Shown in pieces: positions 33,529 through 43,028 of a stretch of DNA of 64,000 nucleotides (its first letter is position 1; every line of letters starts with the position of its first letter). The notes beneath the pieces are model-generated. The model did not search any database. It had not been told where the DNA came from and was given only the letters and a program-made list of their open reading frames with translations. The stretch is from assembly GCA_965203725.1 (NCBI GenBank), contig CBDBDH010000002.1:10386-74385 (forward strand), read 5' to 3'. This stretch comes from Gammaproteobacteria bacterium (GTDB lineage: Bacteria; Pseudomonadota; Gammaproteobacteria; UBA4575). A program made the translations under genes and the position numbers.

Positions 33529-34284
33529 ATGAGTAACAAAGTGATTGCGAATGTACTGTGGCTGGCCCTGCTGGCCGTGGCGCCTGTGGTGCATGCGGCA
33601 GGTGAGGCGCACGGCGTGTTGCAGTGGGAACACAAAGCCCCATTGTCCGTGCCGGTTTCCGGGGTCATTGAGGCAGTCAACGTCGTTGCGGGGCAACGGG
33701 TTGCCAAGGGTGCCGTCCTGCTTTCACTGGACAAACGGCCATTTCAGTATCGGCTGCAATCCGCAAAGTCGCGCATGGCGCAGTTTGCTCCCGGTCGCAA
33801 TGAAGCCCGCAATGAGTTGCAACGCGCGGAGGAGTTATATGATCGGACGGTCCTGTCCCAGGTTGAGCTGGACCAGGCAAAGATCGATTTTGCCGAAAAG
33901 GATGCGCGTTATCAGGAGGCCGGGGCCGACGTCGATCAGGCAAAACTGGACCTCGAGTATGCTGAGCTGAAAGCGCCCTTTGACCTCATCGTACTGAAGA
34001 GCCACGTGGTGGTGGGGCAAACGGTCATCAACCGCTTGCAGGCCACCCCCTTGTTTACCGTGGCGGGCGGGAAACTGGTGGCTGTCATGTCGCTGGACCC
34101 GGAAAAAATCGCGGGGCTGGAGATCGGCAGCGAGCTGCAGGTCAGCATTGCAGGCAAGGCCCATTCCGGGAAAGTGAAAGTCACCGACTACGATGCAAAC
34201 TCCGGTTTGGTAGAAGTTACCATTCTCATCGACAACCTGCCGGCGGCAACGGTTGGTCAGCGTGTGCACGTGACCTGGCAGTAA
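33529..34284 (+). CDS. Short periplasmic adaptor (membrane fusion) protein
   Basis: Lipoyl halves PVSGVIEAVNVVAGQRVAKGAVLLSLD and LKAPFD..VVVGQTV flanking an alpha-hairpin; 251 aa. Confidence 0.82.
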   Translation: MSNKVIANVLWLALLAVAPVVHAAGEAHGVLQWEHKAPLSVPVSGVIEAVNVVAGQRVAKGAVLLSLDKRPFQYRLQSAKSRMAQFAPGRNEARNELQRAEELYDRTVLSQVELDQAKIDFAEKDARYQEAGADVDQAKLDLEYAELKAPFDLIVLKSHVVVGQTVINRLQATPLFTVAGGKLVAVMSLDPEKIAGLEIGSELQVSIAGKAHSGKVKVTDYDANSGLVEVTILIDNLPAATVGQRVHVTWQ

Positions 34285-34355
34285 CTGCCCAGCGATGCGG
34301 GATTTCTGATCAGCTACACGAGCCTGCAGCTTGCCTCGACCACCGCTGGATGACG

Positions 34356-34562
34356 TCACGCCTTGGCCGAGTCCGGGAAAAAGACGCGTATGGAAGTGCC
34401 GAATTCCGGGTGCTTGCTCTTCAGCATTTTCAAAATCGAATTGAAGCTTTTTGCTTCAAGGTTCAGGTCCTCAATGTCTTCACTCTGGACGGTCCACAGG
34501 TTGGTCTGTTTGTCCCAGTGAAAGGTCACGCGCTGATCTTCCAGTTTGTAGGTAATTGCCAT
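34356..34562 (-). CDS. Small DUF1902/HicB-like protein
   Basis: 68 aa; VTFHWDKQTNLWTVQSEDIEDLNLEAKSF..HPE resembles the DUF1902 pattern WD....W...S.DI.GL..EA. Confidence 0.55.
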   Translation of the reverse strand: MAITYKLEDQRVTFHWDKQTNLWTVQSEDIEDLNLEAKSFNSILKMLKSKHPEFGTSIRVFFPDSAKA

Positions 34563-34812
34563 CGCTTCTCGAATATTTGTGAATTCGAGAAACAGGGTAG
34601 AAGGGAAACATGAAACTTTTGTGAAACCCTGGCTAAGGTTTGGTGAGAAATCGGTTCCAGGCCGGGACGGATTCCGGGGCACGCACCCGTTCGGGCCTCT
34701 CTCGCTGGCAAAAGGGAAGTGCAGGACCGGTGGTGAGACCGCTCGGTCCCGAGATCCCGGGTCAGTTTACCCTTGCCTTGCCAGGCGCCCCCGGCTAGGC
34801 AAGCAGCAGAGA

Positions 34813-36201
34813 CTAGTCGAGGTGCTGGAGGACGGCATCCATGCTTTCCTTGGCATCCCCGAACAGCATCTCGGTGTTGTCATGGAAAAACAGCGGGTTG
34901 TCGACCCCGGCGTACCCGGAAGCCATGCTGCGCTTGAGAACCACACAGGTTTTCGCCTTCCACACCTCAAGCACCGGCATGCCTGCAATGGGACTGTTCG
35001 GGTCCGTCTGTGCACTGGGGTTGACGATGTCGTTGGCACCGATCACCAGGGAGACGTCCGTATCCGGGAAGTCTTCGTTGAGTTCATCCATCTCCAGTAC
35101 GATGTCGTACGGGACCTTGGCTTCTGCAAGCAGTACGTTCATGTGGCCGGGCAGGCGTCCTGCAACCGGGTGTATGCCAAAACGCACATTCACGCCCTTG
35201 GCACGCAGCTTTTTGGTGATCTCGCTGACCGTAGTCTGGGCCTGCGCCACAGCCATTCCGTACCCCGGCACAAAGATCACTTCACTGGCATCTTTCAGCA
35301 TGGAGGCGACTTCCTCTGCACTGGTCGAGGTGACCTCGCCCTGTTCAGTGTCAACGGCGGTTCCCGAAGCGGTGCCGAAGCCCCCCAGGATCACGCTCAG
35401 GAATTTTCGGTTCATTGCACGGCACATGATGTAGCTCAGGATCGCACCGCTGGAACCCACCAGGGATCCCACAATAATCAGGGCGGTATTGCCCAGCATG
35501 AAGCCGGTAGCGGCGGCTGCCCAACCCGAGTAGCTGTTCAGCATCGAGACGACCACCGGCATGTCTGCGCCACCAATGGCCATGATCAGGTGCACGCCAA
35601 TGGCAAACGCGATGAACGTCATGATCAGCAGCGGGACAAGGCCTGCCGCATGGGAGTCTGATCCCAGGAATACATATCCGAAGTAGATGCAGGCCAGCAG
35701 GGCCACCAGATTCATCCAGTGCCGTCCCGGCAGCATCAGGGGTTTGCCGCTGATCGACCCTTTGAGTTTCCCGAAGGCGATTACCGATCCCGTGAAGGTG
35801 ATGGCGCCGATGAAGACGCCCACAAAGACCTCCACCTCATGAATGACTTTTTCGGCGCCCGCAAAGTGTGCATTGGGGTCCAGGTAGCTGGAAACGCCGA
35901 CCAGCACGGCAGCCAGTCCCACGAAACTGTGCAAGATGGCGACCAGTTCCGGCATTTGCGTCATCTCCACACGTGAGGCGATGAATGCACCGATCAGCCC
36001 GCCGATGATCATGGCGGGAAGCAGTTTCTCGAAGCCGCCGACCTGTCCGCTTAATATCGTTGCCACCACCGCGATGGCCATGCCGAGCATGCCGCAGAGA
36101 TTGCCGCGCCGTGCGGATTCCTGGTGACTCAAGCCATTCAGACTCAGAATAAAGAGAGCGCCTGCTGCAAGATACGAGGCAGTTAAAAGTTGTGGATTCA
36201 T
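34813..36201 (-). CDS. pntB: NAD(P) transhydrogenase subunit beta
   Basis: [62 protein letters not shown]. Confidence 0.98.
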   Translation of the reverse strand: MNPQLLTASYLAAGALFILSLNGLSHQESARRGNLCGMLGMAIAVVATILSGQVGGFEKLLPAMIIGGLIGAFIASRVEMTQMPELVAILHSFVGLAAVLVGVSSYLDPNAHFAGAEKVIHEVEVFVGVFIGAITFTGSVIAFGKLKGSISGKPLMLPGRHWMNLVALLACIYFGYVFLGSDSHAAGLVPLLIMTFIAFAIGVHLIMAIGGADMPVVVSMLNSYSGWAAAATGFMLGNTALIIVGSLVGSSGAILSYIMCRAMNRKFLSVILGGFGTASGTAVDTEQGEVTSTSAEEVASMLKDASEVIFVPGYGMAVAQAQTTVSEITKKLRAKGVNVRFGIHPVAGRLPGHMNVLLAEAKVPYDIVLEMDELNEDFPDTDVSLVIGANDIVNPSAQTDPNSPIAGMPVLEVWKAKTCVVLKRSMASGYAGVDNPLFFHDNTEMLFGDAKESMDAVLQHLD

Positions 36202-36215
36202 TAAATTGCTCTCCC

Positions 36216-37781
36216 TTACTCTTCTTTACGGAACATCTGCAGCATGCGCTGCGTAACGAAAAAGCCCCCGCCAATATTGATCGAGGCAATCAGCACGGAA
36301 ATCGTTGCCAGAACCACGATCAGACCACTGCTGCTTCCAATCTGCAGCAGTGCACCGATGATGATCACACTGCTGATCGCGTTCGTGACACTCATCAATG
36401 GGGTGTGCAGTGCCGGGGTGACGTTCCAGACCACCCAGTATCCGATGAAGCAGGACAGTACGAACACGGTGAAGTGTTGCATGAACTCCCCGGGGGCATA
36501 ATTGCCCAGCCCCCATAGCGCGAGTGCGGCTACCGCCAGGGTAATGACAAACTTCATCCCGCTCTTTTTCCTGACCGGCTCTTCAGCAACGGGGGCCGGA
36601 GCCGCTGCGGCCTGTGCCGGGGCTGCAGAAACCGAGATGGGCGGCGGCGGCCAGGTGATCTCTCCCTGGTGGATCACCGTGGTCCCGCGAATGACATCAT
36701 CTTCCATGTCCACGATCAGGTTGCCGTCTTTTTCAGGCGTCATGTCGCTGAGCAGATGGCACAGGTTGGAGCCATACAGTTGGCTGGACTGGGTCGGCAG
36801 TCGGCTTGGCAAATCCATGTAGCCGATCAGCGTGACTCCATGCCTGACTACAACTTCACCCGGGCTGGTCAGTTCGCAGTTGCCACCCTGCTCGGCCGCG
36901 AGATCAACCACGACGCTGCCTTCCTTCATCATCTCAACCATGTCTTCGAGGATCAGTTTTGGTGCCGGTTTGCCCGGGATCAATGCGGTCGTGATGATGA
37001 TGTCGACTTCTTTTGCCTGCTCCCTGAACAGGGCCATCTCGGCCTCTATGAACTCCTTGCTCATGACCTTGGCATAACCGCCCGCAGTGCCCCCGCTTTC
37101 TTCCTCTTCGAAGTCAAGCTCAAGAAACTGCGCACCCATGCTTTCAACCTGCTGCTTGACCTCCGGGCGCGTATCGAATGCCCGTACGATTGCACCGAGT
37201 CCATTCGCGGTGCCGACGGCAGCAAGCCCGGCAACGCCCGCGCCAATGACCATGACTTTGGCGGGCGGCACCTTGCCCGCTGCAGTGATCTGGCCGGTAA
37301 AGAACCGGCCGAAATGATTCGATGCCTCGATGACCGCACGGTAGCCTGCAATATTGGCCATGGAAGACAGGGCATCAAGTTTCTGGGCTCTGGAGATTCT
37401 GGGTACGGAGTCCATGGCGAGGACGGTCGCCTTGCGGGCCTTCAGTTGTTCCATCAGGGTCTCATTCTGTGCCGGCCAGATGAAGCTGACCAGCGTTCCG
37501 CCCTCACGCAGTAATTCGGTCTCGTGAATGCCAAGGTCCGTATGCTGTTCCGGAGCACGCACCTTGAAGACGATATCGGCCTCCGCCCACAGTTCCCGGG
37601 TGTCCGAGACCACGGCGACCCCGGCCGCCCTGTACATGTCATCGGTGAATTTCGCGCGTGCACCTGCACCGGCTTCGATGGCACATTCATAGCCGAGCTT
37701 TTGCAGGCGGCCTGCCGTTTCAGGCGTCAGTGCTACGCGATGCTCGTCTTTGTGTATTTCATTTGGGACACCAATCTTCAT
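36216..37781 (-). CDS. pntA: NAD(P) transhydrogenase subunit alpha
   Basis: [48 protein letters not shown]. Confidence 0.98.
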   Translation of the reverse strand: MKIGVPNEIHKDEHRVALTPETAGRLQKLGYECAIEAGAGARAKFTDDMYRAAGVAVVSDTRELWAEADIVFKVRAPEQHTDLGIHETELLREGGTLVSFIWPAQNETLMEQLKARKATVLAMDSVPRISRAQKLDALSSMANIAGYRAVIEASNHFGRFFTGQITAAGKVPPAKVMVIGAGVAGLAAVGTANGLGAIVRAFDTRPEVKQQVESMGAQFLELDFEEEESGGTAGGYAKVMSKEFIEAEMALFREQAKEVDIIITTALIPGKPAPKLILEDMVEMMKEGSVVVDLAAEQGGNCELTSPGEVVVRHGVTLIGYMDLPSRLPTQSSQLYGSNLCHLLSDMTPEKDGNLIVDMEDDVIRGTTVIHQGEITWPPPPISVSAAPAQAAAAPAPVAEEPVRKKSGMKFVITLAVAALALWGLGNYAPGEFMQHFTVFVLSCFIGYWVVWNVTPALHTPLMSVTNAISSVIIIGALLQIGSSSGLIVVLATISVLIASINIGGGFFVTQRMLQMFRKEE

Positions 37782-38331
37782 CTTGAGAATTTCCTTGAGT
37801 GACTTGAATCAGGTTAAGCCTTCAAACCCACATCGGGGTCCGGCACGAGACGGCTTGCACGTACAGCAAGCGACTCTTTGCTCACGGGGTTACTGGGGGA
37901 AAGCAGGCTGGGGCTGTTATCGTATTTCCATCGGTTCTAATGCGGGGGCGGCTATCATATATAATTATGGCGGTGACGACCATAGGCCTTGCTTGATAAA
38001 AGCAGTGGTCAACAGGCACGGACTCCGTGCGAAACAACGTCATCTCCCAAGCCTACCCGGGCAACCAAGCTTACATTCATTGCTCCTTGATTGACAGTCT
38101 CCAGACAGCCTGGCCCGGCAAGTCACCGGCGCCGGGCTGGAATTGCTGATCCAGGCTCGCAATGCAAGTCCCTGGCAGGCAGGCTGACCGTCCGGGAGCC
38201 GGTTTTGCAGGGCGTTCGAAATGACCCTCTGGGCTGTCACAGACAGGCCTGTCTATGGCGCCTGCAAATCGCGGACTTCATCAAAAACTTGTTGGGTCTA
38301 CGGGGTTCATTTGGTACGCTAGTCAGCGTCT

Positions 38332-39876
38332 ATGGAAGCTCTTTCTCCGGTCCGGAATCCCGATGACCCACCGCTGGAAGTTTCCTCCGTCATTGCTGCG
38401 GTGGACTTGGGTTCAAACAGTTTTCACATGGTGGTCGCACGCGACCAGCACGGCCAGCTGAAGGTCATCGACCGGATTCGGGAGATGGTGCGTCTTGGCG
38501 CCGGCCTCGACGCCTCGGGCAAGATCTCCGAGGATGCGCAGGAGCGGGCCATCGAATGCCTGCAGCGGTTTGGTCAGAGGATGCAGGAGATGCACGCCGA
38601 TTCCGTGCGGGTCGTGGGGACCAACACTTTCCGCCGGGCCAGGAACAGCCGTGAATTCATTCAGCGTGCTGAAGACGCCCTGGGTCACCCGATCCAGGTC
38701 ATCTCGGGTGTCGAAGAGGCACGTCTGATTTACCACGGTACGATCCATTCCGTCACTGGGCCACCGGGGAAGTGGCTGGTCATCGACATCGGTGGAGGCA
38801 GTACCGAAATCATCATCGGAGAGAAAAGCCGCCCGATCCTGATGGAAAGCGTCCAGATGGGCTGTGTCGGCATGAGCCTGAAGTATTTCCAGCAGGGCAA
38901 CCTGGAGAAAAAGAGATTCAAGAAAGCGCTGGTCGAGGCCAAGTTGCAGTTACGACCGATTATCGCTTCCGTGAAAAGCCTTGGCTGGGACTATGCGGTA
39001 GGCACGGCAGGTACGATCCGGACCATTGACCAGTTGATGCGCGAGCGCGAATTAAGCGATCGAGGCATCACGGACCGGGGTATCGGAGGGCTGATTGCCG
39101 AGCTGCAAGCAGTGAAGAATATGGAGCATGTCCAGTTCGATTCGCTGGCCAGGGAACGCAAACCGGTGTTTGCCGGCGGGCTGGTGGTACTGAAGGCCAT
39201 CTTTTCCGAGCTGGAAATCGAAGAAATGACAGCTTCGGAAGGCGGTCTTCGTGAAGGCCTGTTGTATGACCTGGAGGGCCGGATCCATCACCACGACACA
39301 CGGGACAGAACCGTGCTTTCCCTGATGCGTCGCTACCATGTGGACTCCGAGCATTCCGCAAGGATCAAGACTGCGGCCCTGCGACTGCTGGAAAAAGTTT
39401 CCAGTGTCCTCAAAATAGACAAGGACCTGGCTTACCCGTTTTTGATATGGGCTGCGGATTTGCACGAGATCGGCCTGGACATCTCCCATTCACGTTATCA
39501 TCGGCACGGCGCGTACATACTCAATAATGGAGACCTGCCCGGGTTCTCATGGAATGAACAGCGCCTGCTTGCCTGTCTGGTAGGCAACCACCGGCGCAAA
39601 ATCAGCACCGAACTGGTCGACCAGTTGCCGGCCCGCTGGCAAGTTCAGGCCATGTACATGATTGTCATCCTGCGACTGGCTGTGCTGATCAACCGCGACC
39701 GGGTGCCGAAGAAAATACCGCCCATGAAAGTGCGCAAGAGCGCCGGCTGCGCGGAAATCGTACTGGCCCAAAAGTGGTTGCAGAAGCATCCCTTGACGGT
39801 TGCAGAACTCAGGCTGGAAGAGAGTTACCTGGAAGTTTTGGGCGTCAACATGAGAATTGACGGGATCGTTCACTAG
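38332..39876 (+). CDS. ppx: Exopolyphosphatase (Ppx/GppA family)
   Basis: AAVDLGSNSFHM, VISGVEEARL, IDIGGGSTE, GGLREGLL, LHEIG; convergent overlap with ppk1. Confidence 0.93.
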   Translation: MEALSPVRNPDDPPLEVSSVIAAVDLGSNSFHMVVARDQHGQLKVIDRIREMVRLGAGLDASGKISEDAQERAIECLQRFGQRMQEMHADSVRVVGTNTFRRARNSREFIQRAEDALGHPIQVISGVEEARLIYHGTIHSVTGPPGKWLVIDIGGGSTEIIIGEKSRPILMESVQMGCVGMSLKYFQQGNLEKKRFKKALVEAKLQLRPIIASVKSLGWDYAVGTAGTIRTIDQLMRERELSDRGITDRGIGGLIAELQAVKNMEHVQFDSLARERKPVFAGGLVVLKAIFSELEIEEMTASEGGLREGLLYDLEGRIHHHDTRDRTVLSLMRRYHVDSEHSARIKTAALRLLEKVSSVLKIDKDLAYPFLIWAADLHEIGLDISHSRYHRHGAYILNNGDLPGFSWNEQRLLACLVGNHRRKISTELVDQLPARWQVQAMYMIVILRLAVLINRDRVPKKIPPMKVRKSAGCAEIVLAQKWLQKHPLTVAELRLEESYLEVLGVNMRIDGIVH

Positions 39877-41951
39877 TAGCTGGCTCGCGCCAACTGGCTG
39901 AGCAGCGTCTGTTGAGCACTGTAGGCGTCTGGTTCGCGATCATGAAGCGGTGTGTAGCTGCCATCTGACCGCAGGATCCATGCCTGCTGGCCGTCTTTCA
40001 GATAGACCTCGAGTTCCTCGGCGATGCGGTCCCGCAAGGCCGGATCACGTATCGGCCAGCAAACTTCCACGCGGCGGAAGAAGTTCCGGTCCATCCAGTC
40101 GGCACTTGAACAAAACACCCTGGGATCTCCATTGTTCAGGAAATAGCAGACGCGAGTATGCTCCAGAAAGCGACCGACGATGGAGCGGACTTCAATATTC
40201 TCGGATATGCCCGGCAAACCCGGTCGCAAACAGCAGGTGCCCCGTACGATCAGCTGTATCTTCACTCCGGCGCATGAGGCCCGATACAGGGCCTGGATGA
40301 CTTGCGGTTCAACCAGCGAGTTGAATTTGGCAATGATGCGGGCAGGGCGGCCCAGTTTGGTGTGTTCGATTTCATTGTCGATCAACTCGATCAGCGTGTT
40401 ATACAGGGTGAACGGGGCCTGCAGGACGGTATTCAGGCTGGGAACTTTGGTGAAGCTGGTGAGTTCGAGGAAGATCTCATGGGCATCGGCAGTCAGCCTC
40501 GTATCGCTGGTGAACATGCCATAGTCCGTATACAAACGCGTGGTTTTTTCGTGGTAGTTCCCCGTGCCAAAATGGGCGTAACGCCGCAGGCCGTCTTCTT
40601 CACGGCGCACGATCAGGATCATCTTGCCGTGGGTTTTCTTGCCCACGATTCCGTACACGACATGGGCTCCGGCTTTTTGCAGGCGGTTTGCAAGAGAGAT
40701 ATTGGCAGCCTCGTCAAATCGCGCCATGAGTTCGATGACGACCGTGACTTCCTTGCCGGCACGAGCGGCCTTTACCAGGTTGTCGACGATGGGCGAATCC
40801 GGTCCGGTCCGGTACAGCGTCTGCTTGATCGCCAGCACCTTGGGGTCCTCGGCCGCCTGGCGCACGAAATCTATCACCGGGACGAACGACTGGTACGGGT
40901 GATGCAGCAGGATGTCTGCCTGCTTGATCTGGGTAAACAGATTGACGTTGTGGCTGAACGACTGGGGAAGTCCCGCGGTGAACGGCGGGTACTTCAGGTC
41001 CGAACGCTCGACCAGATCGTAGGCCTGGCTGAGGCGGTTCAGGTTTACCGGCCCGTTCACACGGTACAAGTCAACTGCCGACAGTGAAAACTGTTGCAGG
41101 AGGTAGGTGACGAGTTCTTCCGGGCAATTGCCGGCCACCTCAAGGCGCACGGCATCCCCGTACCTGCGCGAGGCAAGTTCGCCTTCAAGGGCCCGCATGA
41201 GATCATCGATTTCCTCGTCATCCAGAAACAGGTCGCTGTTGCGCGTCAGCCGAAACTGGTAGCTGCCCTTGACCGTCAGGCCTTCAAACAATTCATTCAT
41301 GAAGGCGTGCATGACCGAGGACAGAAAGACATAGTTTTCGCCTTCCTGCTCGTTGATTTCGTCGGGCAGGCGAATCAGTCGCGTCAGGGAGCGGGGCGCC
41401 TGTACGACGGCGTGTTCCCCCTCGCGCCCAAAAGCATCCAGGCCTTCAAGCTGAACGATAAAGTTGAGTGCCTTGTTGATGATGCGGGGGAAAGGATGGG
41501 CCGGGTCAAGGCCGAGTGGACTGAGCACCGGTTCGACTTCGTCCAGGAAGTACTGGCGTAACCACAGGCTTTGCGCAGGTGTCCACTGTTCACGGGCAAT
41601 AAAGCGGATGTTCTGGGCATCCAGCTCGGGCTGGAGTTCTTCGTTGAAGACGCGATATTGCTCGGCCACAAGTTCCGAAGCTTCCGTGTGGATATGCTTG
41701 AGCAAATCCCGGGGCGCGATGCCGTCTGCCGTGATATGCGCGATATCCAATTCAATATGCTGCTTGACCCCCCCGACCCGGATTTCAAAAAATTCGTCCA
41801 GATTGCTGCAGGAGATGCACAGGAACTTGAGCCGCTCAAGCAGCGGCGTGGAGGGGTCCCGTGCCTGCTGCAATACGCGGGTGTTGAACTTCAGCAGGCT
41901 GAGTTCACGGTTGATGTAATTTTCTGCAAGTCCGAAATTCTGCTCGTCCAT
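39873..41951 (-). CDS. ppk1: Polyphosphate kinase 1
   Basis: INRELSLLKFNTRVL, SNLDEFFEIRV, LLHHPYQSF, KQTLYRT, ARFDEAANI, GRFLEHTR, SSADWMDRN. Confidence 0.98.
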   Translation of the reverse strand: MDEQNFGLAENYINRELSLLKFNTRVLQQARDPSTPLLERLKFLCISCSNLDEFFEIRVGGVKQHIELDIAHITADGIAPRDLLKHIHTEASELVAEQYRVFNEELQPELDAQNIRFIAREQWTPAQSLWLRQYFLDEVEPVLSPLGLDPAHPFPRIINKALNFIVQLEGLDAFGREGEHAVVQAPRSLTRLIRLPDEINEQEGENYVFLSSVMHAFMNELFEGLTVKGSYQFRLTRNSDLFLDDEEIDDLMRALEGELASRRYGDAVRLEVAGNCPEELVTYLLQQFSLSAVDLYRVNGPVNLNRLSQAYDLVERSDLKYPPFTAGLPQSFSHNVNLFTQIKQADILLHHPYQSFVPVIDFVRQAAEDPKVLAIKQTLYRTGPDSPIVDNLVKAARAGKEVTVVIELMARFDEAANISLANRLQKAGAHVVYGIVGKKTHGKMILIVRREEDGLRRYAHFGTGNYHEKTTRLYTDYGMFTSDTRLTADAHEIFLELTSFTKVPSLNTVLQAPFTLYNTLIELIDNEIEHTKLGRPARIIAKFNSLVEPQVIQALYRASCAGVKIQLIVRGTCCLRPGLPGISENIEVRSIVGRFLEHTRVCYFLNNGDPRVFCSSADWMDRNFFRRVEVCWPIRDPALRDRIAEELEVYLKDGQQAWILRSDGSYTPLHDREPDAYSAQQTLLSQLARASY

Positions 41952-42075
41952 GTCTTGTTGTCACAGTGTCATGCGTTACCGTGAAGTATACTCGAAGCCT
42001 CTTTTCAGGTGCAGCCTGACATGCTGATCGACGGCGAGCCTGCGCATCGCCCTGGTGCATAGGCCATGGGCAGTC

Positions 42076-42456
42076 CTACTCGAAGAACCTTGCGTAAGCA
42101 ATCAGGCCCCATACCATTAGCAGGGTGGCCAGACTGACACCGACGGCCGCAGAGCCGATGTCCTTGGCCCGTTTCGAAAGTTCATGATATTCATGGCCGA
42201 TACGGTCGATGGTTGCCTCCACACAAGTGTTAAGAAGTTCGACAATCAAAACGATCAAAACGGATAGCAGCAGCAAGGCAACCTGCACACTGTTTTCACC
42301 AAGCCAGAAGGCGGCGGGGAACAGTACGATGGCAAGCAGCAGTTCCAGCCTGAAGGCCTCTTCGCTTTTCCATGCAGCGTGAAGACCGGCCACACTGTTG
42401 GAGATTGCTCCGAGAAGACGCTTGAGTCCTGTGTGGGGTGAACCTGCCATGTTCAT
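42076..42456 (-). CDS. dgkA: Diacylglycerol kinase
   Basis: SEEAFRLE, ELLNTCVEATIDR, ELSKRAKDIGSAAV. Confidence 0.93.
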   Translation of the reverse strand: MNMAGSPHTGLKRLLGAISNSVAGLHAAWKSEEAFRLELLLAIVLFPAAFWLGENSVQVALLLLSVLIVLIVELLNTCVEATIDRIGHEYHELSKRAKDIGSAAVGVSLATLLMVWGLIAYARFFE

Positions 42457-42552
42457 AAACCGGGTAAGAATCTTATGGTATGTGCATCAACATACATGCC
42501 CTATGGTAAAATTGGAATCAATTTCCCGGATGCAATGAATGCCCTTGTGACC

Positions 42553-43020
42553 ATGATGAAAACGGTTTTTTTCCTGGTGTGCGTTGTTGCAAGCTCGGCC
42601 TTGGCGAACGAGCAGCGCATCATCTACGATTTCGAGTATGGAATATTCACGCGCGGCATGGAGGAGTTCAGGGAAGGCGACCGGGCGGTGACCCGTGAAG
42701 GGCCGCTGGAACCCGTGACCATGATTCCGGCGCGGATGGGAACCAAGTTCGGCGTCCGGTACTGGCTGTCCCGGGGGGGATTTGCGAGCAAGCCCACGCT
42801 GCACCTGATCTACCATGTGCCGACCATGGTCAATCCCAGCACCGGCGAGCACATCGACAAGATCGAAATCCTGCAAGAGGAATCCACGCTGGACTATACC
42901 CATACCATGGCCTTTGAGTTTGCCGAGCAGTACGAGCTGGTCCCGGGGGAGTACCGGTTCTACATCTTCTTCGAGAACCAGAAGCTGCTGGAGCAGGTAT
43001 TCCAGGTGGTATTGCAGTAA
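42553..43020 (+). CDS. Exported hypothetical protein, DUF3859-like
   Basis: 155 aa; signal peptide ending ALA; IPARMGTKFGVRY, P..VNPSTG, YELVPGEYRF..KLLEQVF fit my recollection of the DUF3859 pattern. Confidence 0.6.
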   Translation: MMKTVFFLVCVVASSALANEQRIIYDFEYGIFTRGMEEFREGDRAVTREGPLEPVTMIPARMGTKFGVRYWLSRGGFASKPTLHLIYHVPTMVNPSTGEHIDKIEILQEESTLDYTHTMAFEFAEQYELVPGEYRFYIFFENQKLLEQVFQVVLQ

Positions 43021-43028
43021 GCCCCGGC

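Noticed and set aside
31200-34600. Genomic island integrated at tRNA-Pro
   Set aside because: No integrase; the only match I saw to the tRNA 3' end is a 6-bp CGACCA near 34337, which is chance level.
37782-38331. Possible ncRNA, riboswitch or Pho box in the 550-bp pntA-ppx spacer
   Set aside because: Only short hairpins and a lone CTGTCAC; no family recognisable by eye. An Rfam scan would be needed.
39873-39876. Convergent ppx/ppk1 overlap as a novelty
   Set aside because: A convergent ppk-ppx arrangement is already known, e.g. in pseudomonads.
41958-41972. TTGTCAC/GTGTCAT heptamers upstream of ppk1 as a Pho box
   Set aside because: 8-bp rather than 11-bp period, and opposite orientation to ppk1.
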